This document shows positions 28,701-36,775 of a stretch of DNA of 64,000 nt, one piece after another. Position numbers and translations under genes: made by a program. Location of the stretch: NCBI GenBank assembly GCA_040755855.1, contig JBFMAD010000003.1, forward strand, positions 160,001-224,000, written 5' to 3'. How positions within the stretch are numbered: the first letter of the stretch is position 1; each line of letters starts with the position of its first letter. This stretch comes from Planctomycetota bacterium (GTDB lineage: Bacteria; Planctomycetota; Brocadiia; JAADGH01). The notes beneath the pieces were generated by a model. That model was given only the letters and a program-made list of their open reading frames with translations. It did no database searches and had not been told where the DNA came from.

Positions 28701-29579
28701 GGAGGCCAGACCGTTGCCGCTCTGGGCGAGGATCGGCATCTGCGCCGCGTCGGACCACTCATCACCGCGCCAAGCGTCCTCCGGCGTGATGGGATTCTTC
28801 AGTTGGGGGATCGCCAGCGTCGGCGGGCGGTAGTCATCTTCAAGTTCATTCCGCGCGGTGAAGTAGGCGTCCTTGATCTCGCCCGGCGTGAGAGGGCGGT
28901 CGTAGATCTTGATCTCGTCCACGATCGTCCGGTCGTCGGGACTGCAAGCGGGCGGTTTCCAGTACATCAGTGGGGCGATGGTGAAGGCGCCTTCCTTGAC
29001 CTCGGGCAGGACGAGATCCTCGGGGAAGGTCAGCTCGCCCTCCATCTTGCCATTGACGTAGATGCGAAGGGCGCGGTTGTCCCAGGCCACATCCACCTTG
29101 TACCAGTTGCCGGGCCGCCAGCCCTCGGCGCTGGTCCCCGCGTTGAACTTTCTGTTGCCGACGACGAGATGCACGCGCAGGTCGGGCGGCTGGGTGTACT
29201 TGTAGAGCACGAAGTTGAACTCGCCTTGCTTCTGCGCGACAAAAAAATGCTCGAAGCGTTTGTTATCGGGCAGCCAGTTCACGGGCTGGATCCACATGGA
29301 GATTGTGCCGCTGCGGAGGTCGAAGTTGTCCTTGATCTCGTAGTCGAGCCGCTCGCCCTCCTTGCTCTGGAAGCCGGCCCCGTCAATGCCCTGCACCTCG
29401 CGGAGCTCCAGGCTCTCCTTGAACGTCGGCGAGTCGGGGTTGCCGCGGGCGTAGTCGGCGAGGACCGCCCGCTTGTTGAAGGAGAGATGGAAGAGCAGAT
29501 TCGGCTCGGGGGGATCGTCGGCCAATCCAATGGCCGCGCCTGCCATGCCCAACAGAACAATCGCCATAGAGGATCGCAT
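25767..29579 (-). CDS. Large secreted LamG + CBM9-like + DUF6067-type GH-like protein
   Basis: Signal peptide; LamG (GTISMW, IYVNG, DEIKIYDRPL); CBM9-like (YDDASLYLA, RFNVAR); catalytic-like GGIYFD and GEQY. Confidence 0.65.
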   Translation of the reverse strand: MRSSMAIVLLGMAGAAIGLADDPPEPNLLFHLSFNKRAVLADYARGNPDSPTFKESLELREVQGIDGAGFQSKEGERLDYEIKDNFDLRSGTISMWIQPVNWLPDNKRFEHFFVAQKQGEFNFVLYKYTQPPDLRVHLVVGNRKFNAGTSAEGWRPGNWYKVDVAWDNRALRIYVNGKMEGELTFPEDLVLPEVKEGAFTIAPLMYWKPPACSPDDRTIVDEIKIYDRPLTPGEIKDAYFTARNELEDDYRPPTLAIPQLKNPITPEDAWRGDEWSDAAQMPILAQSGNGLASDRSAQFFAKYDDASLYLAVISDKPTDLVANAKEGADNLAKDDTHEVVLYPTADAIYRFVFNRDKVLLDSKNGDKTWSGGVKLFSQETGRWTSHLVIPYAVLGLDPPKVGDRWRFNVARRWADTGTASSWAFSQKAEGSDLGTIVFGGKISAVRLTRLGELHRGEMDVVARFHPPDEKADRIDVLTQHLSDAGKLDGMRIEVESEQPRPRLYRYQHTFEKAQSGLLRMTAHSKIHKCELLDYSLLFYARPPIVIDMTPITQTNEIEIALDAHDAGKAWRERIKAGKVECKVVVEEESAGVRVLEKVVPIEGVRASYVFACPTLTPGQYMLTVNLIDAESKEKIRSAVHFTRPATPWVDAKAGIDDSVPKPWTPVEASGKSVKVLGREYVFASGPFPDRITSQGEAVLAQPIAFEIKTKDGEETLTCKEIHLVESKPDHATLQGVAESTALRMEWKSVIEFDGMLRCDFTLSPVNAPVEVADLALVIAAPNEHAKFVLTPYLEEWKDGKIELPFDRFVWLTGHRLGVCWFTESNVNWNNPGSPPPIQIARGDTATTLRLNIITAPTTIDKPIPYTMGIQATPAKPMPKDWRNFNFGGFGKVKYSHSQSICWGGGGLKQDAYLQPDDEDGFRESLKRYNDGKITPCPYSCPTYMASHNPVYNFYHSEWRNSEGHKFVGYVKGTLTYDLIAICPRSAYTDLLNWWIGEMSEHYPIGGIYFDCCSPEVCHNAYHGCGGRDAFGKRIIGAPIFALRESLKRVYKTLHKRNMILVNHAHSRFLPPCHSFSDYWYPGEQYTARLGQDIWYYTDQIPPEVWQSELNSYIKGVGITFLPEYGRGTPTKYRDEETKPSRSLLACCAVNDVPCSASWINDGEIEKLWGILDKFWVSDAEFIPHWAAGPVAADKPLIASAYKGRKSVLLIVANLTKEPARGAVKLDAKALGIPAEFKMTNEFTGEAISQPLDGIQIALPERDYTIISITW

Positions 29580-29594
29580 GACTTCCTCCTCGGT

Positions 29595-30803
29595 TCACTT
29601 TCGGAAGAGAACGATGCGGTTTGTGTTCGTCCCGATCTCGTTGTTGTCAATGCCCCAGATCTTGGATGTCTTGGTGAACTGCTGCAAGTTGACAACGATC
29701 CCCTCGCACTCCAATCCCGCCGCGAGGCCGAGGGGGACGACATACTCGTCCAGTTCGACCATGCCGCTTTTCACCTCGCCGACCTCGAAGGCGACCCAGC
29801 CGCCTTTCTTCGTGATGCGGAAAAGCTCCTTGAACACGTCACCCATCACGGCGGTCCAGACGTCGAGTCGGTTGGTCGTCGTGATCCGCCTGGCGATCCG
29901 CTTGTCGTCAATCCCGTTGAACCAGCACCGCAGCCAGTTGTCGTAGGAATACTGGACCACGTTCAGGAAGGGCGGGGAGGTGACCGTGAGCTGCACAGAG
30001 TCCGATTTGATCTCCTTGGTGTGTCGGGCATCGGTGGAGAGGAACAGGGCGGTTTCGCCGGCGGTCCGCAGGGTGGCGATCTCATCCTCCGTCAAGTCTT
30101 TGATGAGGGCCTTCGATTTTTTCAGAATCAACTTCCGCGTGTCGCGGTAGTCGGGCTTCTGGTTGCGCTTCTCGTTGATCTTCCTTTGTCGCTCTCGCGA
30201 GACGGCCTGATTCGGCGGCAAGGTATAGACCGAGAAGAATCCTTTCGAGTGGCCGGTCAGCCGGTTCGTCGCAACCATCCGAATCCATCGGTCCACATGA
30301 TCCTCGCTCCCTGATTCCTTTCGTTCGGTCAGATAATCCCGGAGGCAGACGATCTCCGCCTCCGTCTCCGGGTGGTAGAACATGGACAGGTCAATGTCCG
30401 CTCGACGGCGACAGTCAATTCGCATTTGCGAAAGTCGCTCCTCGACGTCCTTCAGGTCCGGGATGAAGAACCGCGGCGCGGCAAGAATCTCGCTCAGGGG
30501 GTTCACGTCGTTGGCGATGACCCGCCGCCCCATCAGGCCCGCCTCGATGCACGTCGTCCCCCGGCCGCTGAAGGGGTCGTAAACGATGTCGCCTGCGTCG
30601 GTCAGGCGCTCGATGAAGAACCGGGGAAGTTGCGGCTTGAAGCAGGCGCGGTACGAGACCTCGTGGATGGACGACGCCTGGCGCTGCCGGGACGTCCAGA
30701 ATTCCTTGATGTATCTATTTACATGAAAGCCACTTATGGATACGGAATCTTTCCTCGTCCCTGGGATGCCATCCAGAAATCCGCGTCTGTCCTTATTCCT
30801 CAT
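29595..30803 (-). CDS. Orphan amino (N4-C/N6-A) DNA methyltransferase
   Basis: Motif I YDPFSGRGTT N-terminal and motif IV TSPPF C-terminal. Start taken at MRNKD (30803) to avoid overlap with the ADH gene. Confidence 0.85.
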   Translation of the reverse strand: MRNKDRRGFLDGIPGTRKDSVSISGFHVNRYIKEFWTSRQRQASSIHEVSYRACFKPQLPRFFIERLTDAGDIVYDPFSGRGTTCIEAGLMGRRVIANDVNPLSEILAAPRFFIPDLKDVEERLSQMRIDCRRRADIDLSMFYHPETEAEIVCLRDYLTERKESGSEDHVDRWIRMVATNRLTGHSKGFFSVYTLPPNQAVSRERQRKINEKRNQKPDYRDTRKLILKKSKALIKDLTEDEIATLRTAGETALFLSTDARHTKEIKSDSVQLTVTSPPFLNVVQYSYDNWLRCWFNGIDDKRIARRITTTNRLDVWTAVMGDVFKELFRITKKGGWVAFEVGEVKSGMVELDEYVVPLGLAAGLECEGIVVNLQQFTKTSKIWGIDNNEIGTNTNRIVLFRK

Positions 30804-30817
30804 TTCGGCGGCCCAAG

Positions 30818-31972
30818 TCAATATGCACTGTTCAGCAGTTCGACAATCTCTTCCTTCGACTCGATCTTTCTCGGGTTCGCCGGGACCTGGTGCGTGGCCA
30901 TAGCCAACTCGGCGATTTCGTCGAAGGCGTCGCGCGTGACCTCCAGATGGCGGAGGTTCAGGGGAATGCCGATCAGTTCGTAGAGACGACGGATCGCCGC
31001 CACGGACCGGGCGGCTGTCTGCGCCTCGTCGGCCCCGCGCACCTCGACGCCGAGGGCATGGGCCAGGCTGTGGAGCTTTTTCCCGCACGCCGCCTGGTTG
31101 AACTCCAGCACGAAGGGCAGCATCACCGCGACGGCCAGACTGTGGGGCAGCTTGAACTTGGCCGCCAACGGCAGGCACACGCCGTGGGCCATGCCCAACC
31201 GCGATGTGTTGAACGCCATCGCCGCCAGCGTGCACGCCCGCGCCATGCGATCGCGCGCCGTCATGTCACGGCCATTGGTGTATGCCTGCGGCAGGCTGTG
31301 CGCCGCCAACTCGACGGCGCGGAGGCTCAATCCCTCTGTGAGCGGCGTGGCGAAGTTCGATAGGTACGACTCCACCGCATGAACCAGCGTGTCGCACCCC
31401 GTCATCGCCGTGATGCGCGGCGGCATCGTGGCCGTCATCTGCGGATCAACCAGCGCAACGTCCGGCGCATTTGCCCGGCCCGACACCGGGAACTTCAGGC
31501 CGTTCTCCTCGTCCGTATAAACCCCGCCCCAGGATACCTCGCTGCCCGTGCCCGACGTGGTGGGGATGCAGATGAGTTTAATGCGAAAGGACTCCGGCAG
31601 CTTGTCGCCGCCTTTGTAGTCGCGGATCGAGCCGCCGCACTCCGCCACGATGCGCATGCCCTTCGCCTGGTCCATCGCGCTGCCGCCGCCGACGGCGATG
31701 ACGACATCCATGTCCTCTTCCATCGCCTCGGCCGCCGAATCCACCGCCCCCTGGGTGGGCTCAGACTTGACGTGGTCGAAGACCTCGAAGGCAATCCCTT
31801 CGCGTTCAAGCCCCTCCTCCACCGCCGCCATTCCCCCCGCTCGGCGCACGGCGGGATCAATGACCACGAGGGCGCGCGTCACGCCGAGACGATGGGCCTC
31901 CTCGCCGACCAGTCCGGCGCTTCGCTCGCCATGCACAACCAACGTGGGGCACGAGAAGATGTCAATCTGCAT
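30818..31972 (-). CDS. Iron-containing alcohol dehydrogenase
   Basis: GGGSAMD, PTTSGTGSE, DTLVHAVES, HG...H metal ligands. Confidence 0.95.
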   Translation of the reverse strand: MQIDIFSCPTLVVHGERSAGLVGEEAHRLGVTRALVVIDPAVRRAGGMAAVEEGLEREGIAFEVFDHVKSEPTQGAVDSAAEAMEEDMDVVIAVGGGSAMDQAKGMRIVAECGGSIRDYKGGDKLPESFRIKLICIPTTSGTGSEVSWGGVYTDEENGLKFPVSGRANAPDVALVDPQMTATMPPRITAMTGCDTLVHAVESYLSNFATPLTEGLSLRAVELAAHSLPQAYTNGRDMTARDRMARACTLAAMAFNTSRLGMAHGVCLPLAAKFKLPHSLAVAVMLPFVLEFNQAACGKKLHSLAHALGVEVRGADEAQTAARSVAAIRRLYELIGIPLNLRHLEVTRDAFDEIAELAMATHQVPANPRKIESKEEIVELLNSAY

Positions 31973-31996
31973 TGCACCTGTTCCTTTCGCATGGCC

Positions 31997-32025
31997 ATTC
32001 TAAGCGAGGCGCGGCGGATTGTCAA
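31997..32025 (-). promoter_or_regulatory. sigma70 promoter for the ADH-MTase-GH operon
   Basis: Minus strand TTGACA-N17-TAGAAT. Confidence 0.75.
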
Positions 32026-32026
32026 C

Positions 32027-32056
32027 TTGCGAAAAACGTCCGGATAGTGTTATAAT
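32027..32056 (+). promoter_or_regulatory. sigma70 promoter (extended -10) for the sulfatase
   Basis: TTGCGA-N18-TATAAT with TGn, ending 7 nt before ATG 32064. Confidence 0.65.
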
Positions 32057-32063
32057 GCCCGAC

Positions 32064-33359
32064 ATGAAACGGCCCAATATAATGCTCATCATCGTTCACG
32101 ACCTCGGCGCGCGGCTCGGGTGCTACGGCGAGAGATCGGTGCACAGCCCGTGCCTCGATGCGCTGGCGGCGGAGGGGGTCCGGTTCGACAACCACTTCGC
32201 CGCGGCCTGCTACTGCAGCCCCAGCCGAGGGGCGATCATCACAGGCAAGTATCCGCACGTCAACGGCCTGATGGGGCTGGTCAACCTCGACTGGGACCTG
32301 CCCCGGTCCAACCGCACGCTCGACCAGGTCCTGGGTGATGCGAGATACGAGACCTACCTCTTCGGCCTGCAGCACGAAGTGAAGCAGGTGGAACATCTCG
32401 GGTTCAAGCACCTGCCCGACCGGTCCGTGGGCGTCGCCTGCGAGAGGGTTGCCCCCCAGGTGGCGGAGTTCCTGAGGGGATGGAAAGGCGAGGCCCCGTT
32501 CTACGCCCGCGCCGGGTTCGGGGAAGTCCATCGGAAATACGACAGGTATAAGCGCGAAGACCCGGCTACGGTAGATGTGCCCCCGTACATGAAGGACACC
32601 CCAGGCGCGCGTGAGGACCTGGCCATGTTCCACGGCGCGATCCGCACGATGGACGCGGCGGTGGGGACGATCCTCGACGCGCTGGACGAGGCCGGTCTCG
32701 AGGACAACACGATCGTTCTCTTCACCACGGACCACGGCCCCGCCTTTCCCCGAGCCAAGGCTACGCTCTACGATCCTGGGATTCAAACGACGCTGCTCAT
32801 GCGGTGGCCGGAAGGATTCGAAGGGGGAAAGGTTTATCCGCAGATGCTCAGCAACGTTGACATCATGCCGACGATCCTGGAGGCCGCCGGCGCGCCCGCA
32901 CCGGAGGGGGTGCAGGGGCGGTCGTTCCTGCCGCTTCTGGCCGACGGGAGGTATAAGCCAAATGAGTTGGTCTTTGCCGAAAAGAACACCCATCCCGACG
33001 ACATCAAACGGTGCATCCGCACCTGCCGGCATAAGTATATTCGCAACTACAACGAAGGCCCGATGCTGAGACTTCCATCCGACATTGAGACCAGCCTGAC
33101 CCGCCGCGACATGGGGAACGACCACCTCCGCCCCCGGCCGCCGGTCGAGCTGTACGACCTCGCCGCCGACCCGAACGAGACGGACAACTTAGCGGGGAGG
33201 CCCGAGGCCGCCGAGGTCGAAAAGGAGTTGGCGTCGAGACTTGAGGCGCTTATGGAAGAGACGAACGATCCCCTCCTGCGCGGACCCATCCCCCGCCCGC
33301 CCGGCGAGGCCGCGTGCCTTCAAAGACTGCGAGAGCGTGTGGAAAGGGAGCGCCTGTGA
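32064..33359 (+). CDS. Formylglycine-dependent sulfatase (S1, N-sulfoglucosamine sulfohydrolase-like)
   Basis: PNIMLI, CSPSRGAIITG, TTDHG, KATLYD, ELYDL..DP.E..NL. Confidence 0.93.
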   Translation: MKRPNIMLIIVHDLGARLGCYGERSVHSPCLDALAAEGVRFDNHFAAACYCSPSRGAIITGKYPHVNGLMGLVNLDWDLPRSNRTLDQVLGDARYETYLFGLQHEVKQVEHLGFKHLPDRSVGVACERVAPQVAEFLRGWKGEAPFYARAGFGEVHRKYDRYKREDPATVDVPPYMKDTPGAREDLAMFHGAIRTMDAAVGTILDALDEAGLEDNTIVLFTTDHGPAFPRAKATLYDPGIQTTLLMRWPEGFEGGKVYPQMLSNVDIMPTILEAAGAPAPEGVQGRSFLPLLADGRYKPNELVFAEKNTHPDDIKRCIRTCRHKYIRNYNEGPMLRLPSDIETSLTRRDMGNDHLRPRPPVELYDLAADPNETDNLAGRPEAAEVEKELASRLEALMEETNDPLLRGPIPRPPGEAACLQRLRERVERERL

Positions 33360-35443
33360 CGAGCGGGCACCTTACCCGAAAAGAATGGTTCGCCCTTGCG
33401 GGCGTGTTCGCCCTGGCCCTGGCGGCGCGACTGGTCGCCATGGCCGTCGCCTTCGATCCGAATCTCAAGTTTGAGAAGTACTTCGACCTCGCCCGCCGCC
33501 TCATCGCCAACGGCTGGGCGGCGAAGGAGGCGTTTGCCTACGCCCCCGGATACGTCTATTTCATGGCCGTTTTCGTGGGGATGGGGACGTCGCCCGGCGT
33601 GATCTGTCTCGTGCAGATTTTCCTCGGCTCGTTCACCTGTGTGTTCATCCATCTCATCGCCCGGCGGCTCTTCGACCATCGCGTGGCGCTGGCGACGGGG
33701 ATTATGGCCGCGATCTACGGACCGTTTCTCACCTATGACATCGAGTTCCTATCCGACTCGTTCGGGACGTTCCTCTACTGCGCCGCGGCGCTGGCCCTTC
33801 TGTGGGCCCTGTCGCAACCGGGGATCGTGGAATTCGTGTCGGCGGGGCTGCTCCTCGGTCTTCGCACCGTCCAGCGGCCGAATGTGTTGCTGCTTGTCCC
33901 ATTCGTTGTCCTCCTCGTTGTCTTCAAATTCGTCCGGCCGTATGGCGTCAAGCGCATCATTGCATGGTGCGCCATTCTGCTCTTAGGTGTATTCGTCCCC
34001 ATTCTTCCCATAGCAATCCAGAACTATATCGTTACAAAGGAGTTTATTCCCATCACGGATTCCGGTGGGTATGTTTTCTACTGCAGCAACAATCACGGCT
34101 CGGAGGGCTTGCGCTACAATCCTCCCGGCTTGGTGGCGCAGCAGATGCAGCGCGATCCGGGGGCGGAAGAGACCTACGTGGACCTCATGGATGACATCCT
34201 GTCACAGAGGGTGGCAAGCCTGGTCGAGGGCCGGACGCTCAGCCCGAAGGAGTCATCCAGGTTCTGGTTCAGAGAGGGGCTTAAGTGCATCCGAAGCCGA
34301 GGGATTGGTCAATTCCGAATCCTGGCTAAGAAGGCGTTCTATATGTTTAATGCCTATCGTAGCCACGACACCTTTCCAGTCCTGGTGAAGGATGAAAAAC
34401 TCGGTTGTTTAATCTGGTTCGGGATGGGTATCGTCGCCCCGTTCGCATTTGTTGGAATGGTCGTTACCGGACGGGAGTGGCGGAAGCTTCTCCTGGGATA
34501 CGCCCTGGTCCTCACGCCCTTTGCGTCAATGATGATCTTCTACGTTGCGTCGCGTTTTAGTCTCGAACTGGGGGCGGCGCTTATTCCCTTCGCGGCCGCC
34601 GGCATGCTCTGGATGGTAGACCACTGCCGGGCGGGGAGGGTCGGGAGGGCCGTCGCGCCAGCGATTGCTTTGCTCCTTCTTCTCATCGCAAGCCATTACC
34701 GCGATGCGCTGATCGTCCAACAGACCCGGATCCATGAGATTCATCGGCGCCTCTACGAGGGGGAGATTACGCGCGACAACGGACGTGTTCACGATGCGAT
34801 GATCCAATTCCAATCCGGGATTGCCCTGGCTAAATACCCGGGCGAGGCGTCCGGCTGCGCCCAGGCCCTTGCCGACATCTATCGTCGAATGGGAGAGGCG
34901 GAGAAGGCGCGGGAACTCTCCGCGTTTACAAGGGGCAACCTGACTCCGCAGATGATCCGCCGTCTGCAATCGCTGGGCGATGACTTCGAGGCGCGTTTCG
35001 CTCTCGGGCAACATTTTCTGCTCATCAAGGAGTACGACAAGGCGGTTGATCATCTCTCCAGATCGGTTGAGCTGGACCCATACAACTCTGTTGCACGATT
35101 CTTTATGGCGGAGGCCCTGTTCTCTGGGAAGCGCGTCTCGCCTGAGAAGATCGTTGTGGAAATCCGTGAGTCGCTGGACTACGGCCTGCGGTTTTCGCCG
35201 TGGGCGCATCGCGCCTATATGCTCATTGCTCGGTGTTGCATGGCCGAGGCGGACTGGCAGGCGACGGTCAAGGCCCTGCGGCGCGCCCTGGCATACGCCC
35301 CCAATTATGGTCCTGCCCATGCGCTTCTGGCAAACGCCCTATTCGAGGTCGGCGAACCTGACGCGGCACAGGGACACGCGAGGCGCGCCAGGGAGCTGGG
35401 GGCCGCCGAGGAACTGGCCCCGGGGCTTCGCTCGACGAGGTAA
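33356..35443 (+). CDS. GT-C (PMT/ArnT-like, GT39-type) membrane glycosyltransferase with TPR tail
   Basis: GTG overlaps the sulfatase stop; PGY.YF, RPN, N...., GY.FY..N, RF motif; many TM helices; TPR repeats. Confidence 0.82.
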   Translation: MTSGHLTRKEWFALAGVFALALAARLVAMAVAFDPNLKFEKYFDLARRLIANGWAAKEAFAYAPGYVYFMAVFVGMGTSPGVICLVQIFLGSFTCVFIHLIARRLFDHRVALATGIMAAIYGPFLTYDIEFLSDSFGTFLYCAAALALLWALSQPGIVEFVSAGLLLGLRTVQRPNVLLLVPFVVLLVVFKFVRPYGVKRIIAWCAILLLGVFVPILPIAIQNYIVTKEFIPITDSGGYVFYCSNNHGSEGLRYNPPGLVAQQMQRDPGAEETYVDLMDDILSQRVASLVEGRTLSPKESSRFWFREGLKCIRSRGIGQFRILAKKAFYMFNAYRSHDTFPVLVKDEKLGCLIWFGMGIVAPFAFVGMVVTGREWRKLLLGYALVLTPFASMMIFYVASRFSLELGAALIPFAAAGMLWMVDHCRAGRVGRAVAPAIALLLLLIASHYRDALIVQQTRIHEIHRRLYEGEITRDNGRVHDAMIQFQSGIALAKYPGEASGCAQALADIYRRMGEAEKARELSAFTRGNLTPQMIRRLQSLGDDFEARFALGQHFLLIKEYDKAVDHLSRSVELDPYNSVARFFMAEALFSGKRVSPEKIVVEIRESLDYGLRFSPWAHRAYMLIARCCMAEADWQATVKALRRALAYAPNYGPAHALLANALFEVGEPDAAQGHARRARELGAAEELAPGLRSTR

Positions 35444-35445
35444 TT

Positions 35446-35481
35446 AAAAACGCTGAGGGCGACCTGAACGGTCGCCCTCAG
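35446..35481 (-). terminator. Intrinsic terminator between convergent genes
   Basis: 12-bp stem CTGAGGGCGACC-TGAAC-GGTCGCCCTCAG, T-tract on the minus strand after the pilin. Confidence 0.85.
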
Positions 35482-35514
35482 TCCATCTGCTACAAGACAA
35501 TGGCTAAGACGATC

Positions 35515-36294
35515 TTAGCCAGCCGGGTTCCACAGATTGCCGTCATTGGAGTCGGGGTTGCCCGCCGCATCCTTGCCGGAAATCTTGCTATTGAACCATC
35601 CGTCGCCGTCGCCGTCGGCCTGGTAGGCTGCGCCGTAGCTTGCCTGCTGCGCGGCCGTCCCGTTGTAGGTCGTGTTGTTCATCTTGCTGCCGTAGGTCTC
35701 GCCGACCTCATTGATGAAGAACACGCGCTGGCCGGTGCTGTTCAACTCGACAGGCCATGCATAAACGGCAAAGCTGGATTCCTGCCGGTTGATGATGGCC
35801 CTGTTGGCGATGGCCAGAGGCGTGCCCCAGGTGGTGGAGGTCCCGTCTGTACTCGTGTCATCGCCGCCATCCGTCGCCGCATCCGAGGGCGGGTCCGCGA
35901 TGGGGAGATACAGGCGGTAGAAGTAACCCGACTTCTCAGCATAGCCCGCGGCGCCAGCAGCGGCGCCCGTCATAAACTGCTGGGAGATGTAGATCGGGCT
36001 TACGGGTGCAGCCGTGCCTGCCTGCTGGGCGGTGCTTCGCCTCGGGCAGACCTCGCCGCAGAGCTCGCAGAGCCATCCGTATTCCCCGACGCCATCGTCG
36101 TCCTGATCGGTTTCCGCTTGCTGCTTGTAGATGGCCTCTTGCGTCGAAACCGTCTTCAGCGAGCCGGTCGTGGCCGATTCATTGGCCGCCATCCGCGAAC
36201 GAAGCAGGTTCGGGATAGCGATGGCGGCGATGATGGCAATGATCGCGACCACGATCATCAGCTCAATCAGCGTAAATCCTCTTTCCTTCCGCAT
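35515..36294 (-). CDS. Type IV pilin (prepilin N-methylation motif, DUF2950-like tail)
   Basis: RG|FTLIELMIVVAIIAIIAAIAIPNL; KSGYFY; AWPV...TG.RVFFINE.G; AGGAGG RBS. Confidence 0.92.
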   Translation of the reverse strand: MRKERGFTLIELMIVVAIIAIIAAIAIPNLLRSRMAANESATTGSLKTVSTQEAIYKQQAETDQDDDGVGEYGWLCELCGEVCPRRSTAQQAGTAAPVSPIYISQQFMTGAAAGAAGYAEKSGYFYRLYLPIADPPSDAATDGGDDTSTDGTSTTWGTPLAIANRAIINRQESSFAVYAWPVELNSTGQRVFFINEVGETYGSKMNNTTYNGTAAQQASYGAAYQADGDGDGWFNSKISGKDAAGNPDSNDGNLWNPAG

Positions 36295-36458
36295 CTCACT
36301 CCTCCTCTTTCAGTAAAGCCAACAACAGAAAAGCCCTATAACGACTCACCCAGGACAGCTTTTCTTAGCACCTCCTTCCCGAGAATCTGACTCAGAAAAC
36401 ATACCTTATTCTTAAGCCTCTTGTCCGGTTTTTCGGACAATTCGTGTCCCTCACCCTC

Positions 36459-36473
36459 GCAAAGTCAATACCA
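36459..36473 (-). promoter_or_regulatory. sigma54 -24/-12 promoter of the pilin
   Basis: Minus strand TGGTATTGACTTTGC (GG-N10-GC). Confidence 0.65.
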
Positions 36474-36573
36474 TAACTCGTGAATGGCCAGTTTTAATGT
36501 CTTAACCCCTTTGATAAGCAGGAGCTGTGATAACTCTAATCCCTCGGTTAGCCCCTTCGGTCCCGCGCCGGAC

Positions 36574-36630
36574 TGACAATTTACGTCACTTTCACTGGTC
36601 CCGAACTATGGAATCTGACAATTTTTGTCA
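36574..36630. promoter_or_regulatory. Two TGAC-N7-GTCA palindromes (candidate enhancer-binding-protein sites)
   Basis: TGACAATTTACGTCA at 36574-36588 and TGACAATTTTTGTCA at 36616-36630, 42 bp apart. Confidence 0.6.
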
Positions 36631-36775
36631 ATTGGCTGATTCGTGCACAAATTCGTGCACAAACCGGTAAACAGGGTGCCTGAGTCCTCGGCAGGAATAT
36701 TGTTGACTTTGCCCCCTGGTATCTTAACATATCAACGAGTTGTGTCACGACCACGAAACGATGGGAGGTCTTGCC

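Noticed and set aside
27999..30314. 771-aa plus-strand ORF (and other long antisense ORFs such as 26328-27989, 42264-44129, 13431-14357)
   Set aside because: Shadow frames of high-GC genes with clear motifs on the opposite strand.
327..30803. Nuclease at 327 and MTase at 29595 as one R-M system
   Set aside because: About 29 kb apart in unrelated operons, with no evidence of a cognate relationship.
30804..31235. N-terminal extension of the DNA methyltransferase ORF
   Set aside because: Overlaps the ADH gene in another frame; a downstream ATG at 30803 fits the operon.
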